Shown here: in pieces, positions 38,921 to 47,931 of the stretch
Numbering within the stretch: the stretch's first letter is position 1
Layout of the letters: each line of letters opens with the position of its first letter
IMG/VR virus record: IMGVR_UViG_3300045988_097942
Length of the DNA: 64,000 nucleotides
Origin: a virus
Reading direction: 5' to 3' (one strand)
Notes under the pieces: generated by a model
What the model saw: only the letters and a program-made list of their open reading frames with translations
Databases searched by the model: none
Told to the model about the DNA's origin: nothing
Program-made: the position numbers and the translations under genes

Positions 38921-39411
38921 TACATTTCCTCCTTTACTTCAATAGGTTTATTAGGTTCTACAATAAAAATTTTCTTAATTCCTTCCTCAAATTCAGGCAT
39001 CTCAATCTGATAAAACATACGACGGATTGCACTTACAGGAACAAAACTTCTAGTTCCCTCTCTGTTCTGATTTTGTCCGATACAAGTTTCAAGCGGAGTC
39101 TTAATCCAGACTACATCAACTTCAATATTCAGTTCAGGGTTGATAGCAGTAAGAAGTTTATTCCTTGATGCCTTATTCAGATGTGTGGCGTCCGCAAACA
39201 CATCATAGCCATTTTCCAAAGCATTGTTAATTCTTCTTGTATACTCCTTAAAAACCTGTTTTTCTTTGGAGAAGTATTCTTCATCTTCCGCGACCATAGA
39301 AAATCTTACATCATCGCGAGATACCCATACAGAGTGCTCATCAAGATGATTTTGTATCCATGTGCTTTTCCCAGACCCAGGAGTTCCCATTACAATATAT
39401 AATTTATTCAT
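38920..39411 (-). CDS. Polynucleotide 5'-kinase (T4 Pnk kinase-domain-like)
   Basis: GTPGSGKSTW and RDDVR, matching T4 Pnk GCPGSGKSTW and RDDYR, plus the NR.RG..VP lid. Confidence 0.8.
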   Translation of the reverse strand: MNKLYIVMGTPGSGKSTWIQNHLDEHSVWVSRDDVRFSMVAEDEEYFSKEKQVFKEYTRRINNALENGYDVFADATHLNKASRNKLLTAINPELNIEVDVVWIKTPLETCIGQNQNREGTRSFVPVSAIRRMFYQIEMPEFEEGIKKIFIVEPNKPIEVKEEM

Positions 39412-39412
39412 T

Positions 39413-39811
39413 TTACCACCCTCTATTTAGTAAATTTTTAGTTTCATCATTAGGATTTTCTTTTATAATCCTATGACCACATTTGTAGCTATGATTTGAG
39501 TTCCAACATCTTCCATGTTTATTATATTCACATTGAATCTTACTACAAGTCATTAAATCTGCAACAGGAATTCTATTTCCATCAATAAATCGTCCTAACC
39601 TAAACTCTTCCTCAAAATCTTCTCGACTATAAGAGCCAAAAGGTCGCACTTCCGCGTGATTTGTTTCTTTCCTGCAATATAAACAAAATAACTTTTTTAA
39701 ATGACCTGCTTCTCTCTGTTGTCCAGGTTTTCTTGTAATAGGAATGCCTCTCTTTCCACAAGCTGTGCAATAAAATTCACTTGTAGTAATTTCTCCTTTT
39801 TTTGTACCCAT
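39413..39811 (-). CDS. Hypothetical zinc-ribbon protein
   Basis: CTACG...CLYCRKE plus extra Cys/His. Confidence 0.35.
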   Translation of the reverse strand: MGTKKGEITTSEFYCTACGKRGIPITRKPGQQREAGHLKKLFCLYCRKETNHAEVRPFGSYSREDFEEEFRLGRFIDGNRIPVADLMTCSKIQCEYNKHGRCWNSNHSYKCGHRIIKENPNDETKNLLNRGW

Positions 39812-39860
39812 AATTCATCAAATCCTTTCTCTTTATCTTATATAAATATTTTATCATATT

Positions 39861-39898
39861 TTTTTTAAAAAATAAAGTGCAGAAATTAATCTGCACTT
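39861..39898 (-). terminator. Rho-independent terminator ending the NAD operon
   Basis: aagtgcag/ctgcactt stem whose loop contains the nadE stop codon, plus a U-run. Confidence 0.65.
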
Positions 39899-40629
39899 TT
39901 CGGTTGGAAATCTGCTATAGGTCGTAATTTAAAGAGATTTTGTTCATGTAATTTGTCAATTTTTTCTTTTATTGCGGTTGGCGGTTCTATTCCATCCCCA
40001 ATATAAGTATCAAGTGTTTCATAGCTAAATCCCAAATTATCTTCATCAGTCTTTCCGCATAAACCATCTTCTGGAACTTTTTCTATAAATTCAGCAGGAA
40101 GTCCTAATTCATAACCAATAGCTTTAACTTCTCTTACTAAAAGATTATGCAATGGTGAAAAATCTCCTGCTGCATCTCCAAAGATAGTAAAATAGCCAAT
40201 CCAATTTTCACTTTTATTACAAGTATTTACAACACGTCCATTTAATGTTTGGGAATAAGCATATAATGTACACATTCTTATTCTTGCTGGCATATTAGTC
40301 TGTGCTTGTGTGGAAAGAGTTAAAAATACATGATTATCTATTGCTTCAACGGCATCTTTAATATTAGATAAATAAGATTTAATACCAAGATATTTTATCA
40401 CTTCTTCTGAAGTCTGAATACTTTGCTCTCCTTGTGGCATCATAATTCCAATAACTTTATCTTTACCAAGTGCTTCTACGCAAAGAGCAGCTGCGATAGT
40501 AGAATCTTTTCCGCCTGATATACCAATAATAGCAACACAATCTTTACCATTTTTATCAAACCAATCTCTAATCCATTGAATACACTCATCTTTTGTTTTC
40601 TTTGCATCAAATTCGATTGAGGACATCAT
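39886..40629 (-). CDS. nadE: NH3-dependent NAD+ synthetase
   Basis: GISGGKDSTIAAAL PP-loop and overall similarity to E. coli NadE. Confidence 0.85.
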   Translation of the reverse strand: MMSSIEFDAKKTKDECIQWIRDWFDKNGKDCVAIIGISGGKDSTIAAALCVEALGKDKVIGIMMPQGEQSIQTSEEVIKYLGIKSYLSNIKDAVEAIDNHVFLTLSTQAQTNMPARIRMCTLYAYSQTLNGRVVNTCNKSENWIGYFTIFGDAAGDFSPLHNLLVREVKAIGYELGLPAEFIEKVPEDGLCGKTDEDNLGFSYETLDTYIGDGIEPPTAIKEKIDKLHEQNLFKLRPIADFQPKSAD

Positions 40630-41224
40630 AAAACCTCCTTAAATATTCATATACATTTTCTGGTACAATATCTTTTACTTCTTCAAATTTACCTTGCTCA
40701 CATAAACTTCTAACTAAACTTGAAGAAATATTATTTTTTGGAATTTCTATTTCTTGGAAATGACTTTTATATCTTTCTAAACCAGCTTTTTGCAAAGATT
40801 CTTCAAGATTTTCATTTTCTCTTGTACAGGCAATAAACATATTTTCCTCAACAAGAGGTTGCCAATTATACCAAGTGGTCAAAGTTGATATATTATCCAT
40901 TCCTAAACATATATAAAAATTATAAAATTTATAATCCTTATCAAAGCAATCTTTTAATTCTTGAACTGTATCATATGTCTTTTTTGGAAGAAAACTATTT
41001 ACTTCTGTAGGAATATATGTCATATCTTTTGGCGTAGCTTCTTCAATCAATCTACAGCGGCTATGCCCTGGAATCAAAGTCTTTTTCTTTGCCACATAGG
41101 TATCATGAGCTGGGATGAAGTATACCATATTAGCATTGACCGCCTTTTGGGCGGTCTTTGCCATTTCTATATGAGCATTGGTTATTGGATTGAAGCTGCC
41201 TGGTATAAGCAGAATATTATTCAT
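40607..41224 (-). CDS. Nicotinate/nicotinamide mononucleotide adenylyltransferase (NadD/NadM type)
   Basis: PGSFNPITNAHIEM ((H/T)xGH motif) and ISSSLVR (SxTxxR motif). Confidence 0.75.
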   Translation of the reverse strand: MNNILLIPGSFNPITNAHIEMAKTAQKAVNANMVYFIPAHDTYVAKKKTLIPGHSRCRLIEEATPKDMTYIPTEVNSFLPKKTYDTVQELKDCFDKDYKFYNFYICLGMDNISTLTTWYNWQPLVEENMFIACTRENENLEESLQKAGLERYKSHFQEIEIPKNNISSSLVRSLCEQGKFEEVKDIVPENVYEYLRRFYDVLNRI

Positions 41225-42431
41225 GCTCCATTCTCCAATCTATACATCTCTGTAAATAATCTACATACGCGGGATTTTTACACATTCCCTTGCCAGGTGT
41301 ATCAGAAATCTTAGCTACATCCTGTCCGTTACAAAGAGTTGTTTTCATAACAATGTTTAAAGGAGTTGCGATAGTATCATTACTTAAATAAGTTCCAATA
41401 CCGAAAGCTGCCTTAGCTCTACCATTAAAATGTCTAAATAGTTTATCTGCTCTTTCAAAATTTAAGCTATCACTGAATAGTAAAGTTTTAGTTTTAGCAT
41501 CAATTCCAAGATTTTCATAGTGCTCAATCATCTTTTCGCCCCACTCAATCGGGTCACCACTATCATGACGAACGCCACTGAAGAGAGTTGCGTATGTCAG
41601 TTGAAAATCTTTTAAGAAACAATCAGTGGTGATTGCATCTGTCAAAGCAGTTCCATTTAGCACTCCGTATTCTTTTACCCACGCGTCTAATGCATACCAG
41701 TTAGAATATGCAGGATTATGTTTATGATTGCCTTGACCCACGCACATAATCCATTCATGAGCCATTGTTCCAACAGGCGTTAAACCAAACTTCTTAGCAA
41801 GATACACATTGGAAGTTCCAACAAATCTTGATGCACAATGTGCTGTGTCATTCAAATGAGAGAACTTCTCAACTACTAGTTCCTGAGCTTCCGCAGATAA
41901 TCTACGGCGGAGACCAAATTCAGAGAATACGCCTACATACCATTTGCCAGATTTGAGATTAGTGAACTTTTCTTCAAGTCTTTCTTTGAAGCTAGCAATT
42001 AGAGTATCATAGTTATAGTTCATGCGGAAATAAACCTCATTAACGATAGCTAGAGTAGGAATTTCATACATAGAAGTGTTTAACCATGTTCCTCTTGTTT
42101 CAATACTTAATCCGCATTCAGCGTCGGCGGTAATCTCGAAATCTTCAAAACGCGGCTGCCACAGACGAAGAAAGTCTACATAGCTACCTTTAATCCACTT
42201 GATATTTTCAAGATAAGTCAGTTCATCTTCTGTAAAGCGCAGTTCACAATATGCTTTAATCTGTTCTTTAATTTCTTCAACCATTTCAGCAGTAAACTTC
42301 ACATCAGTATTTCTACATTTAAAAGTCCAAGTGGTTTTGTAGTCAGAAAACTGATGATAGATAGCCTGTCCCATGCTGAATTTATACATATCATTTTCCA
42401 GTAAGCTGGTGATAATTCTTTGCAATCTCAT
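41217..42431 (-). CDS. pncB: Nicotinate phosphoribosyltransferase
   Basis: Extensive similarity to E. coli PncB: SLLENDMYKFSMGQA, FVGTSNVYLA, TPVGTMAHEW, GVRHDSGDPIEWGEK and AKISDTPGK. Confidence 0.9.
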   Translation of the reverse strand: MRLQRIITSLLENDMYKFSMGQAIYHQFSDYKTTWTFKCRNTDVKFTAEMVEEIKEQIKAYCELRFTEDELTYLENIKWIKGSYVDFLRLWQPRFEDFEITADAECGLSIETRGTWLNTSMYEIPTLAIVNEVYFRMNYNYDTLIASFKERLEEKFTNLKSGKWYVGVFSEFGLRRRLSAEAQELVVEKFSHLNDTAHCASRFVGTSNVYLAKKFGLTPVGTMAHEWIMCVGQGNHKHNPAYSNWYALDAWVKEYGVLNGTALTDAITTDCFLKDFQLTYATLFSGVRHDSGDPIEWGEKMIEHYENLGIDAKTKTLLFSDSLNFERADKLFRHFNGRAKAAFGIGTYLSNDTIATPLNIVMKTTLCNGQDVAKISDTPGKGMCKNPAYVDYLQRCIDWRMEHE

Positions 42432-42442
42432 ATTTCCTCTCC

Positions 42443-42922
42443 TTATTCGTTAATTACATCAATTTGGCAGCTCTTCATTACTTCCAACGCAGCTTGATGC
42501 TTCTCAGGAGTGACGCCCGCGCAGCACTTAGCGTCAACCGTAATATGCATATTTGGATATAAAGCTCTTAAAATAAGCGCATTTGAAATTACACAGATAT
42601 CAGTACATAAGCCGCAAATCTCAATCTCGTCAATGGTATCAATCCAGTTGTCAAGAACTCTTATCCAATTATCATATCCGAATGTATTCTTGGAAATAAC
42701 TTCTTCATTAGCTTTAACCTCAATTTCAGGGATAATATGCCATCCCTCTGTGGCAACGATACAATGAGGAAAAGGGAGCTTCTCTCCTTCAAGAGTTTCC
42801 ATATAATTTTCATAATGAGTATCTTTGGTGAAAACTACTACATCGTTTGCCGCCCTACATTCTTCAATTTTCTTTACTACAGCAGGCACAATCGTCTGTG
42901 CTTCCGACGTACCCAGTGCCAT
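42443..42922 (-). CDS. pncA: Nicotinamidase (isochorismatase family)
   Basis: DTHYEN...HC metal site and the catalytic Cys context ICGLCTDICV. Confidence 0.75.
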   Translation of the reverse strand: MALGTSEAQTIVPAVVKKIEECRAANDVVVFTKDTHYENYMETLEGEKLPFPHCIVATEGWHIIPEIEVKANEEVISKNTFGYDNWIRVLDNWIDTIDEIEICGLCTDICVISNALILRALYPNMHITVDAKCCAGVTPEKHQAALEVMKSCQIDVINE

Positions 42923-43001
42923 GGATACGAAATCATTTTACATATCTACAACAATTAAGATTTTCATATTTTTCTTTCCTTTTCTCTCATTTCTTATATA
43001 T

Positions 43002-43030
43002 ATTATAACAAAAATTTTAATAAAAATAAA
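43002..43030 (-). promoter_or_regulatory. Promoter of the NAD operon: class-B TTTATT-N17-TATAAT, fused to the upstream terminator
   Basis: Minus strand reads ccTTTATTtttattaaaatttttgtTATAAT, directly after the hairpin at 43029-43054. Confidence 0.5.
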
Positions 43031-43055
43031 GGAGTAGGTTTTAACCTACTCCTTA
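43021..43055 (-). terminator. Rho-independent terminator
   Basis: aaggagtaggtt/aacctactcctt stem plus a U-run. Confidence 0.7.
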
Positions 43056-43057
43056 TC

Positions 43058-43402
43058 TTAATCAATCGTCTCTACATTGAAAGGAATCCACATTTTAGGA
43101 TTGAAGTTAAGAGTGTATTTATACTTATCAACATCGCCGTCTGTTATATCCTCGACTACATAAGTAACATTATCAGACAATCCGATAAAATGTTTCTTAT
43201 ATCTACCATACTCATCCTCAACTGTAACTTCAAGTTGATTATCCGCAACATCAGCATTTATAGACATTTTTCCAGTCATTTGAAAGACAACATCACCCTG
43301 TAAGCAATTAATGACTGTAATTTGTCGCACAGTATTGAAATTATCTGCTTGCTGAGAGATGTTATAGGATACCCTCTCTGCTTCTGTTGAGCATCCGCCC
43401 AA
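43058..43402 (-). CDS. Hypothetical protein, likely a frameshifted lipoprotein
   Basis: The track ORF starts at TTG. About 40 nt upstream, an RBS plus ATG (43442) encodes MKKFFTIMLMVFML in the +1 frame. Deleting one G from the GGG run at 43398-43400 would give MKKFFTIMLMVFMLGGCSTEAE, a textbook lipobox. Confidence 0.45.
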   Translation of the reverse strand: MGGCSTEAERVSYNISQQADNFNTVRQITVINCLQGDVVFQMTGKMSINADVADNQLEVTVEDEYGRYKKHFIGLSDNVTYVVEDITDGDVDKYKYTLNFNPKMWIPFNVETID

Positions 43403-43467
43403 GCATAAATACCATTAACATAATAGTGAAAAACTTTTTCATTATTTTATTCTCCTTTTTCATTATC

Positions 43468-44679
43468 TTATCCATTATGGTACTTGAGTAAAAACTCATT
43501 GGAAACCGCCTTAAAGCTACGGGCTCCGTCCTGAGACCTGAATACTAGACCTTCACGCATTCCGCCATCAATTACAGACTTGTCAGTTGCAATCGCAAGT
43601 AACTCCTCTACAGTATCAGGTAATACGAAATGCTCGTCAACGATAGGTACCCAAGGAATACCATATTCAGCTAAGATTTCTTTAGCCTCTACAGAGTTCA
43701 AACGACCTCTATCAGAGAAGATAAGATTAAATCCTACGAAGTCATGTTCTTTAAGACCATATTCCCTCTTTTGGATTCCTACACCATAAGTCTCACCCTG
43801 GAGAGTTGCCCACTCAAGGTTATACTTCTCAACTAAAGCTGCGAGTACGTCCTCAAAATGATACTTTTCAGCCATTCCAGTGTAGACATTAGTCTCATAA
43901 TAGCAACCCTTATCTGGTTTGTCAAAGACTACATTACGAGAACAGATGTAAAATTCGTGTTTCCTTCTACCCGTTCTACGATATGTAGCAGTAGTAGAAG
44001 TTCCATCAATTTTCTCTGTTGCAATCCATTCAGACTTATCTTCAAGAATCCAAGTCATGTTCTGTACACGCTCTTCATCTGTCTTAGAAACCCAGCTCGG
44101 CCATCCGTTCTTCTTATCTTTCTTTTTACCAAAGAGTGCAAACATAACTTTACGTCCCCACTCACGTCTCATCATCCATTTTGCCCAAGGCTTCTTAAAG
44201 ATATTAGGACGACGCTGTGCCATCTTCTTGTATTTATCAACAGAAGCTGCTTTTCTTTTATTATCTTCCTCAACCGCGTAGGTAACACCGATAACCTCGG
44301 TTACACCCTCATGTTCAATATCTACTCCTTTAGAAATCTGGAACTTAAGACTCTGAACCCAAGAAGGAACTTCAGAGTTCAAAATAAAGTCATCAAGTGC
44401 CATAAGCAGACCCTGAGAAATAACAGTTCCCTTAAAGTATTTCTGAGTTTTAACTTTAAAGTGCTTAGACTCAAGAAACATGAACGGCTCCTTTTCTGGC
44501 ACTTTAGAGTCAATTTCAAAATAGATAGCATAGTCTCTAACTTGGAACTGACCTTTCTTTACCATAATTCTCCATCCACCAACATGAGCAAGTTCAACTC
44601 TATCAGCTCCGGCGATAGGAGAAATGCCATCAATCTTTACTACATATGCTAATTCTCTTTCTCCCTTTGCATTTAACAT
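43468..44679 (-). CDS. ATP-dependent RNA ligase (Rnl family)
   Basis: Motif I EKIDGTS, motif IV EGLVFR and motif V FKAVSNEFLLK. A distinct DNA ligase is encoded elsewhere in the window. Confidence 0.65.
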   Translation of the reverse strand: MLNAKGERELAYVVKIDGISPIAGADRVELAHVGGWRIMVKKGQFQVRDYAIYFEIDSKVPEKEPFMFLESKHFKVKTQKYFKGTVISQGLLMALDDFILNSEVPSWVQSLKFQISKGVDIEHEGVTEVIGVTYAVEEDNKRKAASVDKYKKMAQRRPNIFKKPWAKWMMRREWGRKVMFALFGKKKDKKNGWPSWVSKTDEERVQNMTWILEDKSEWIATEKIDGTSTTATYRRTGRRKHEFYICSRNVVFDKPDKGCYYETNVYTGMAEKYHFEDVLAALVEKYNLEWATLQGETYGVGIQKREYGLKEHDFVGFNLIFSDRGRLNSVEAKEILAEYGIPWVPIVDEHFVLPDTVEELLAIATDKSVIDGGMREGLVFRSQDGARSFKAVSNEFLLKYHNG

Positions 44680-44713
44680 ACTACATCTTTCCTTTCCTTT
44701 TGTTTATATAAAT

Positions 44714-44742
44714 ATTATAACATTTATTTTTTTAAAAATCAA
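44714..44742 (-). promoter_or_regulatory. Sigma70-like promoter TTGATT-N17-TATAAT
   Basis: Minus strand reads TTGATTtttaaaaaaataaatgtTATAAT. Confidence 0.6.
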
Positions 44743-44755
44743 TAATATAATTTAT

Positions 44756-45346
44756 TTATATTTCAATTTCATATGCCGCAGCAAGAGTATCATTGACACT
44801 TCTAATATTTTCACGAAGAACATAAAGAATATCTGCTAACTCAGGATATTTATATTTACCCTGTTTTAAAACTGGAAGTAACATATTTGCTGTTTCTTTT
44901 ACATTTTTTTCAATTCTTTCTTTTTCAAATGTTCCCGCCATAGTTCGCAAATTCATATAACGGTCAAGACCTTTTACTACTAAAGCCCGCCTATTATGAA
45001 GAAGATTTTTAAAATATCTAGCTTTTGTTACTTGTTTATCTTCTCCTTCAATACATTCAATAGTCATATATCGAACAGCATCTTTTACCTTATCACAAAC
45101 AGGCAGCTCTCTATAATTTACACCACAATCTTCAATTACATCATGCAATAAGATAGTCGCAATAATACAATCATCTTTTACTCCAAGAGCAACTGCATAA
45201 CAAGCCATTTGTAAAGGATGAATAATATAAGGAGTAACGCCATCTTTTCTGAATTGTCCTTCATGCTTTTCTTTTGCATATCCAAGAGCTTTCATACTCT
45301 CAGTAAAACCAGCGCCAGTAATATACCCTTTTAAATAAGTGTACAT
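44756..45346 (-). CDS. HD-domain (p)ppGpp hydrolase-like protein (RelA/SpoT HD, Mesh1-like)
   Basis: HPLQMACYAVALGVKDDCIIATILLHDVIEDCG matches the SpoT HD-domain signature. Confidence 0.65.
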   Translation of the reverse strand: MYTYLKGYITGAGFTESMKALGYAKEKHEGQFRKDGVTPYIIHPLQMACYAVALGVKDDCIIATILLHDVIEDCGVNYRELPVCDKVKDAVRYMTIECIEGEDKQVTKARYFKNLLHNRRALVVKGLDRYMNLRTMAGTFEKERIEKNVKETANMLLPVLKQGKYKYPELADILYVLRENIRSVNDTLAAAYEIEI

Positions 45347-45389
45347 TTTTTCAACATTATATTCAGTTATAATATTACTCCTTTCTTAT

Positions 45390-46043
45390 TTAAAAATCAA
45401 ATTCGTAATCAGGCTCTTTTTCAGTTTCTTTTGTAATTTGAAGGAACACAGGAACCCCAATGCCGGTGTAAGACGCAAAGCTGAAGCTGGCATGTCCGCT
45501 GCCGGCGACAAAACAGCAGCTAGCAGAGCTACCAGAGCGAACAGTAGCTAACCACCAGGCGCAGGTTTCACCATCTTCCCAATAACTATTATCTTTACCA
45601 CGATAACCCTTAACTCTTACAACATTGCCTCTTTTATACCATTCAAATTGTTTAATACCTAATTCTTTTTTCTCATCTCCATATTTATTTTGACCAAAAA
45701 CTTGACGCTCACATGGAACAAATAAAAAATCAATATCTTTCATCATACTAACTGGTAAAACTTCTTTATCTCCAATTTTACCAGTTTTATAAATCTGTCT
45801 GAGAATAGAAGGAATCTCTTTATGAGGAGCGCATTTAAAGATTTCATCCATTGAAAAAATATATTTATCTCCATCAATATCAACACAAGTAACAGGATTA
45901 CCTTCAATCATATATCTTTGACCAAGAGCAACCATACCTGCATTAACTGCGGCTTTTAAAGAACATTCAGTTTCATCTGATTTTCTTTTTGGTTTACTGT
46001 CGGAAAATTTAATCATTTTTTTATTACCTCTTTTCTTATACAA
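45390..46043 (-). CDS. Hypothetical protein
   Basis: No recognisable motif. Confidence 0.4.
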   Translation of the reverse strand: MYKKRGNKKMIKFSDSKPKRKSDETECSLKAAVNAGMVALGQRYMIEGNPVTCVDIDGDKYIFSMDEIFKCAPHKEIPSILRQIYKTGKIGDKEVLPVSMMKDIDFLFVPCERQVFGQNKYGDEKKELGIKQFEWYKRGNVVRVKGYRGKDNSYWEDGETCAWWLATVRSGSSASCCFVAGSGHASFSFASYTGIGVPVFLQITKETEKEPDYEFDF

Positions 46044-46091
46044 ATATTATATCAAAATTTTTATTAAAAATCAAAAAGGTAAAAATTTCTT

Positions 46092-46301
46092 TTAGATTGC
46101 TAATTCGCTTAAAATCTTGTTATATTTACTGGTATCCATAGCCTGTTCATATGTATCTTCTTCTACTTTAACTTTAGGCGCAGCAGCCGCCTTATTATTC
46201 TTCTTCTTATTTTTCTTGGTAAGGATACGAATGTCATTTTCAACTTGTTCATGAACATCAACTCTGCCAAGATAATCAAAAAAACTTTCACTCGTTCTCA
46301 T
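46092..46301 (-). CDS. Hypothetical small protein
   Basis: ORF. Confidence 0.3.
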   Translation of the reverse strand: MRTSESFFDYLGRVDVHEQVENDIRILTKKNKKKNNKAAAAPKVKVEEDTYEQAMDTSKYNKILSELAI

Positions 46302-46304
46302 ATT

Positions 46305-46691
46305 TTATACCTCGAATAATTCTGTAATGTCAATAACTTCTCTTGCTAGTGCTGTTTCTTTAATAAAAGTAGTTTCCATTTCATATTCTACATATTCAGT
46401 AGCTAGGTATCTTGTAAATACAAAACCCTGAGCAATAAGAATTTGAGCATCTTCAAGACTATACCAATGAATTAAGTCTTCTTTATGACTACAAGAGCTA
46501 AACCAGTTTCGACCATCCTTATGATAGCGCTCATCGTAGCCCATAGGCAGGTCTTTAGTTTTACAATTCTCTGACTCCCCAATCGTCCAAACTAATTCAT
46601 TATTCAAATTATACCATAATCCTTTTGCAGGGTCTGTACTTTCTAATCTATATAACCACTTAGGTTTATTCATTTTCATTTGCCTCCACAT
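46305..46691 (-). CDS. Hypothetical protein
   Basis: ORF. Confidence 0.4.
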   Translation of the reverse strand: MWRQMKMNKPKWLYRLESTDPAKGLWYNLNNELVWTIGESENCKTKDLPMGYDERYHKDGRNWFSSCSHKEDLIHWYSLEDAQILIAQGFVFTRYLATEYVEYEMETTFIKETALAREVIDITELFEV

Positions 46692-46935
46692 TGATAGAAG
46701 TTAAAAGAAACAAAACAATCAAACATACTTTCCAATTCATATCAAGAGGCGCTTGTATAGCTGTAATGATTGCACTAAATATACCAATTAGATTGATATT
46801 TATTTTAACATCGTTTATAGGGTTCATATTTTCAATATCTTTTTTTATTCTTTTTGGTTTTTGATTAGGCATACATGAATTAGTATAGATACCTTTAAAA
46901 GCCTTGCCATTTGTTTTTCCTGTATATGTTTTCAT
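46666..46935 (-). CDS. Hypothetical small membrane protein
   Basis: Central TM helix. Confidence 0.3.
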   Translation of the reverse strand: MKTYTGKTNGKAFKGIYTNSCMPNQKPKRIKKDIENMNPINDVKININLIGIFSAIITAIQAPLDMNWKVCLIVLFLLTSINVEANENE

Positions 46936-47094
46936 TTTGTTTCCTCTTTAATCGTTATGAGCTAGTCTTAATGCTGCCATTGCTAAACATCCTACAATAA
47001 AACCAGTTATGTATTTTGCTTCAGTAGGAACGGCATTTCCACATGCGCTTCCACAAAAAGATAATGATTAACCAAATTAAATATCAAAATTTTC

Positions 47095-47931
47095 TCATAA
47101 TTTTTCTACTTTCCCTTCCATGTAATCTTTTAAATCTATTGCTACATCATTAAATAGCATAGTTCTATATCTTTCATCTGGTCTTGGATAATCGCGGAAT
47201 TGATGATAATGTCCCCAAAGCCATGCCTTATAATCAAGTTGATACTCAATTTGTCCAAGGTATCTTTCCATATCTTTTTCAACCATTGATTGGTCAACTA
47301 TAGAAAGAAATAAATCAGTAGGTTCATACATAACAGGACAAGTATGAGATAATACTAAATCACAATTCCATCCTTGTTGTTCTATTAAAGCTAAACCAGC
47401 TAATTGTTCACTTTCAGACAACTGTTCCTGTGGAAACCAACTCCAACCCGCTTCAAGTCTTCTATATTTATCTACTGAATAAGCACCAGGAATAACTAAA
47501 GTTTTATAATATTTCTGAACTTCAATATCATCATCAGATGGGTTTTCAGGTGTTACGTAATCTACTCCTGCTGGAATATAATAAAAAGATACAAAATCTT
47601 CTGCATATTTAATGTAAGGATAGTCATTTTCTACCCAAACTTTTCCTCTCCAAAATAATTCTTGATGCCATTTATCTGGATTCTTTTCTGCACAGATACT
47701 TGGTCTTTCTTCATGATTACCACGTACTACAAAATAAGTAAATGGATATTTTCCTAATTCCTTTTTTAATTCTTCATCACGATGATTAAAAAAGAAATTT
47801 AGTCCTGCATCACCAAGTAAGATTAAAGTATTTTCATTGTTATTAAAGGTATATGGATGACGTTGATATAAATCTCGAACAGGTTTCCAACTTCCATGTA
47901 TATCACCCATTAAATAAATCTTTTCGCTCAT
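47095..47931 (-). CDS. Calcineurin-like metallophosphoesterase
   Basis: MGDIHGS, LGDAG and GNHEE motifs. Confidence 0.65.
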   Translation of the reverse strand: MSEKIYLMGDIHGSWKPVRDLYQRHPYTFNNNENTLILLGDAGLNFFFNHRDEELKKELGKYPFTYFVVRGNHEERPSICAEKNPDKWHQELFWRGKVWVENDYPYIKYAEDFVSFYYIPAGVDYVTPENPSDDDIEVQKYYKTLVIPGAYSVDKYRRLEAGWSWFPQEQLSESEQLAGLALIEQQGWNCDLVLSHTCPVMYEPTDLFLSIVDQSMVEKDMERYLGQIEYQLDYKAWLWGHYHQFRDYPRPDERYRTMLFNDVAIDLKDYMEGKVEKL

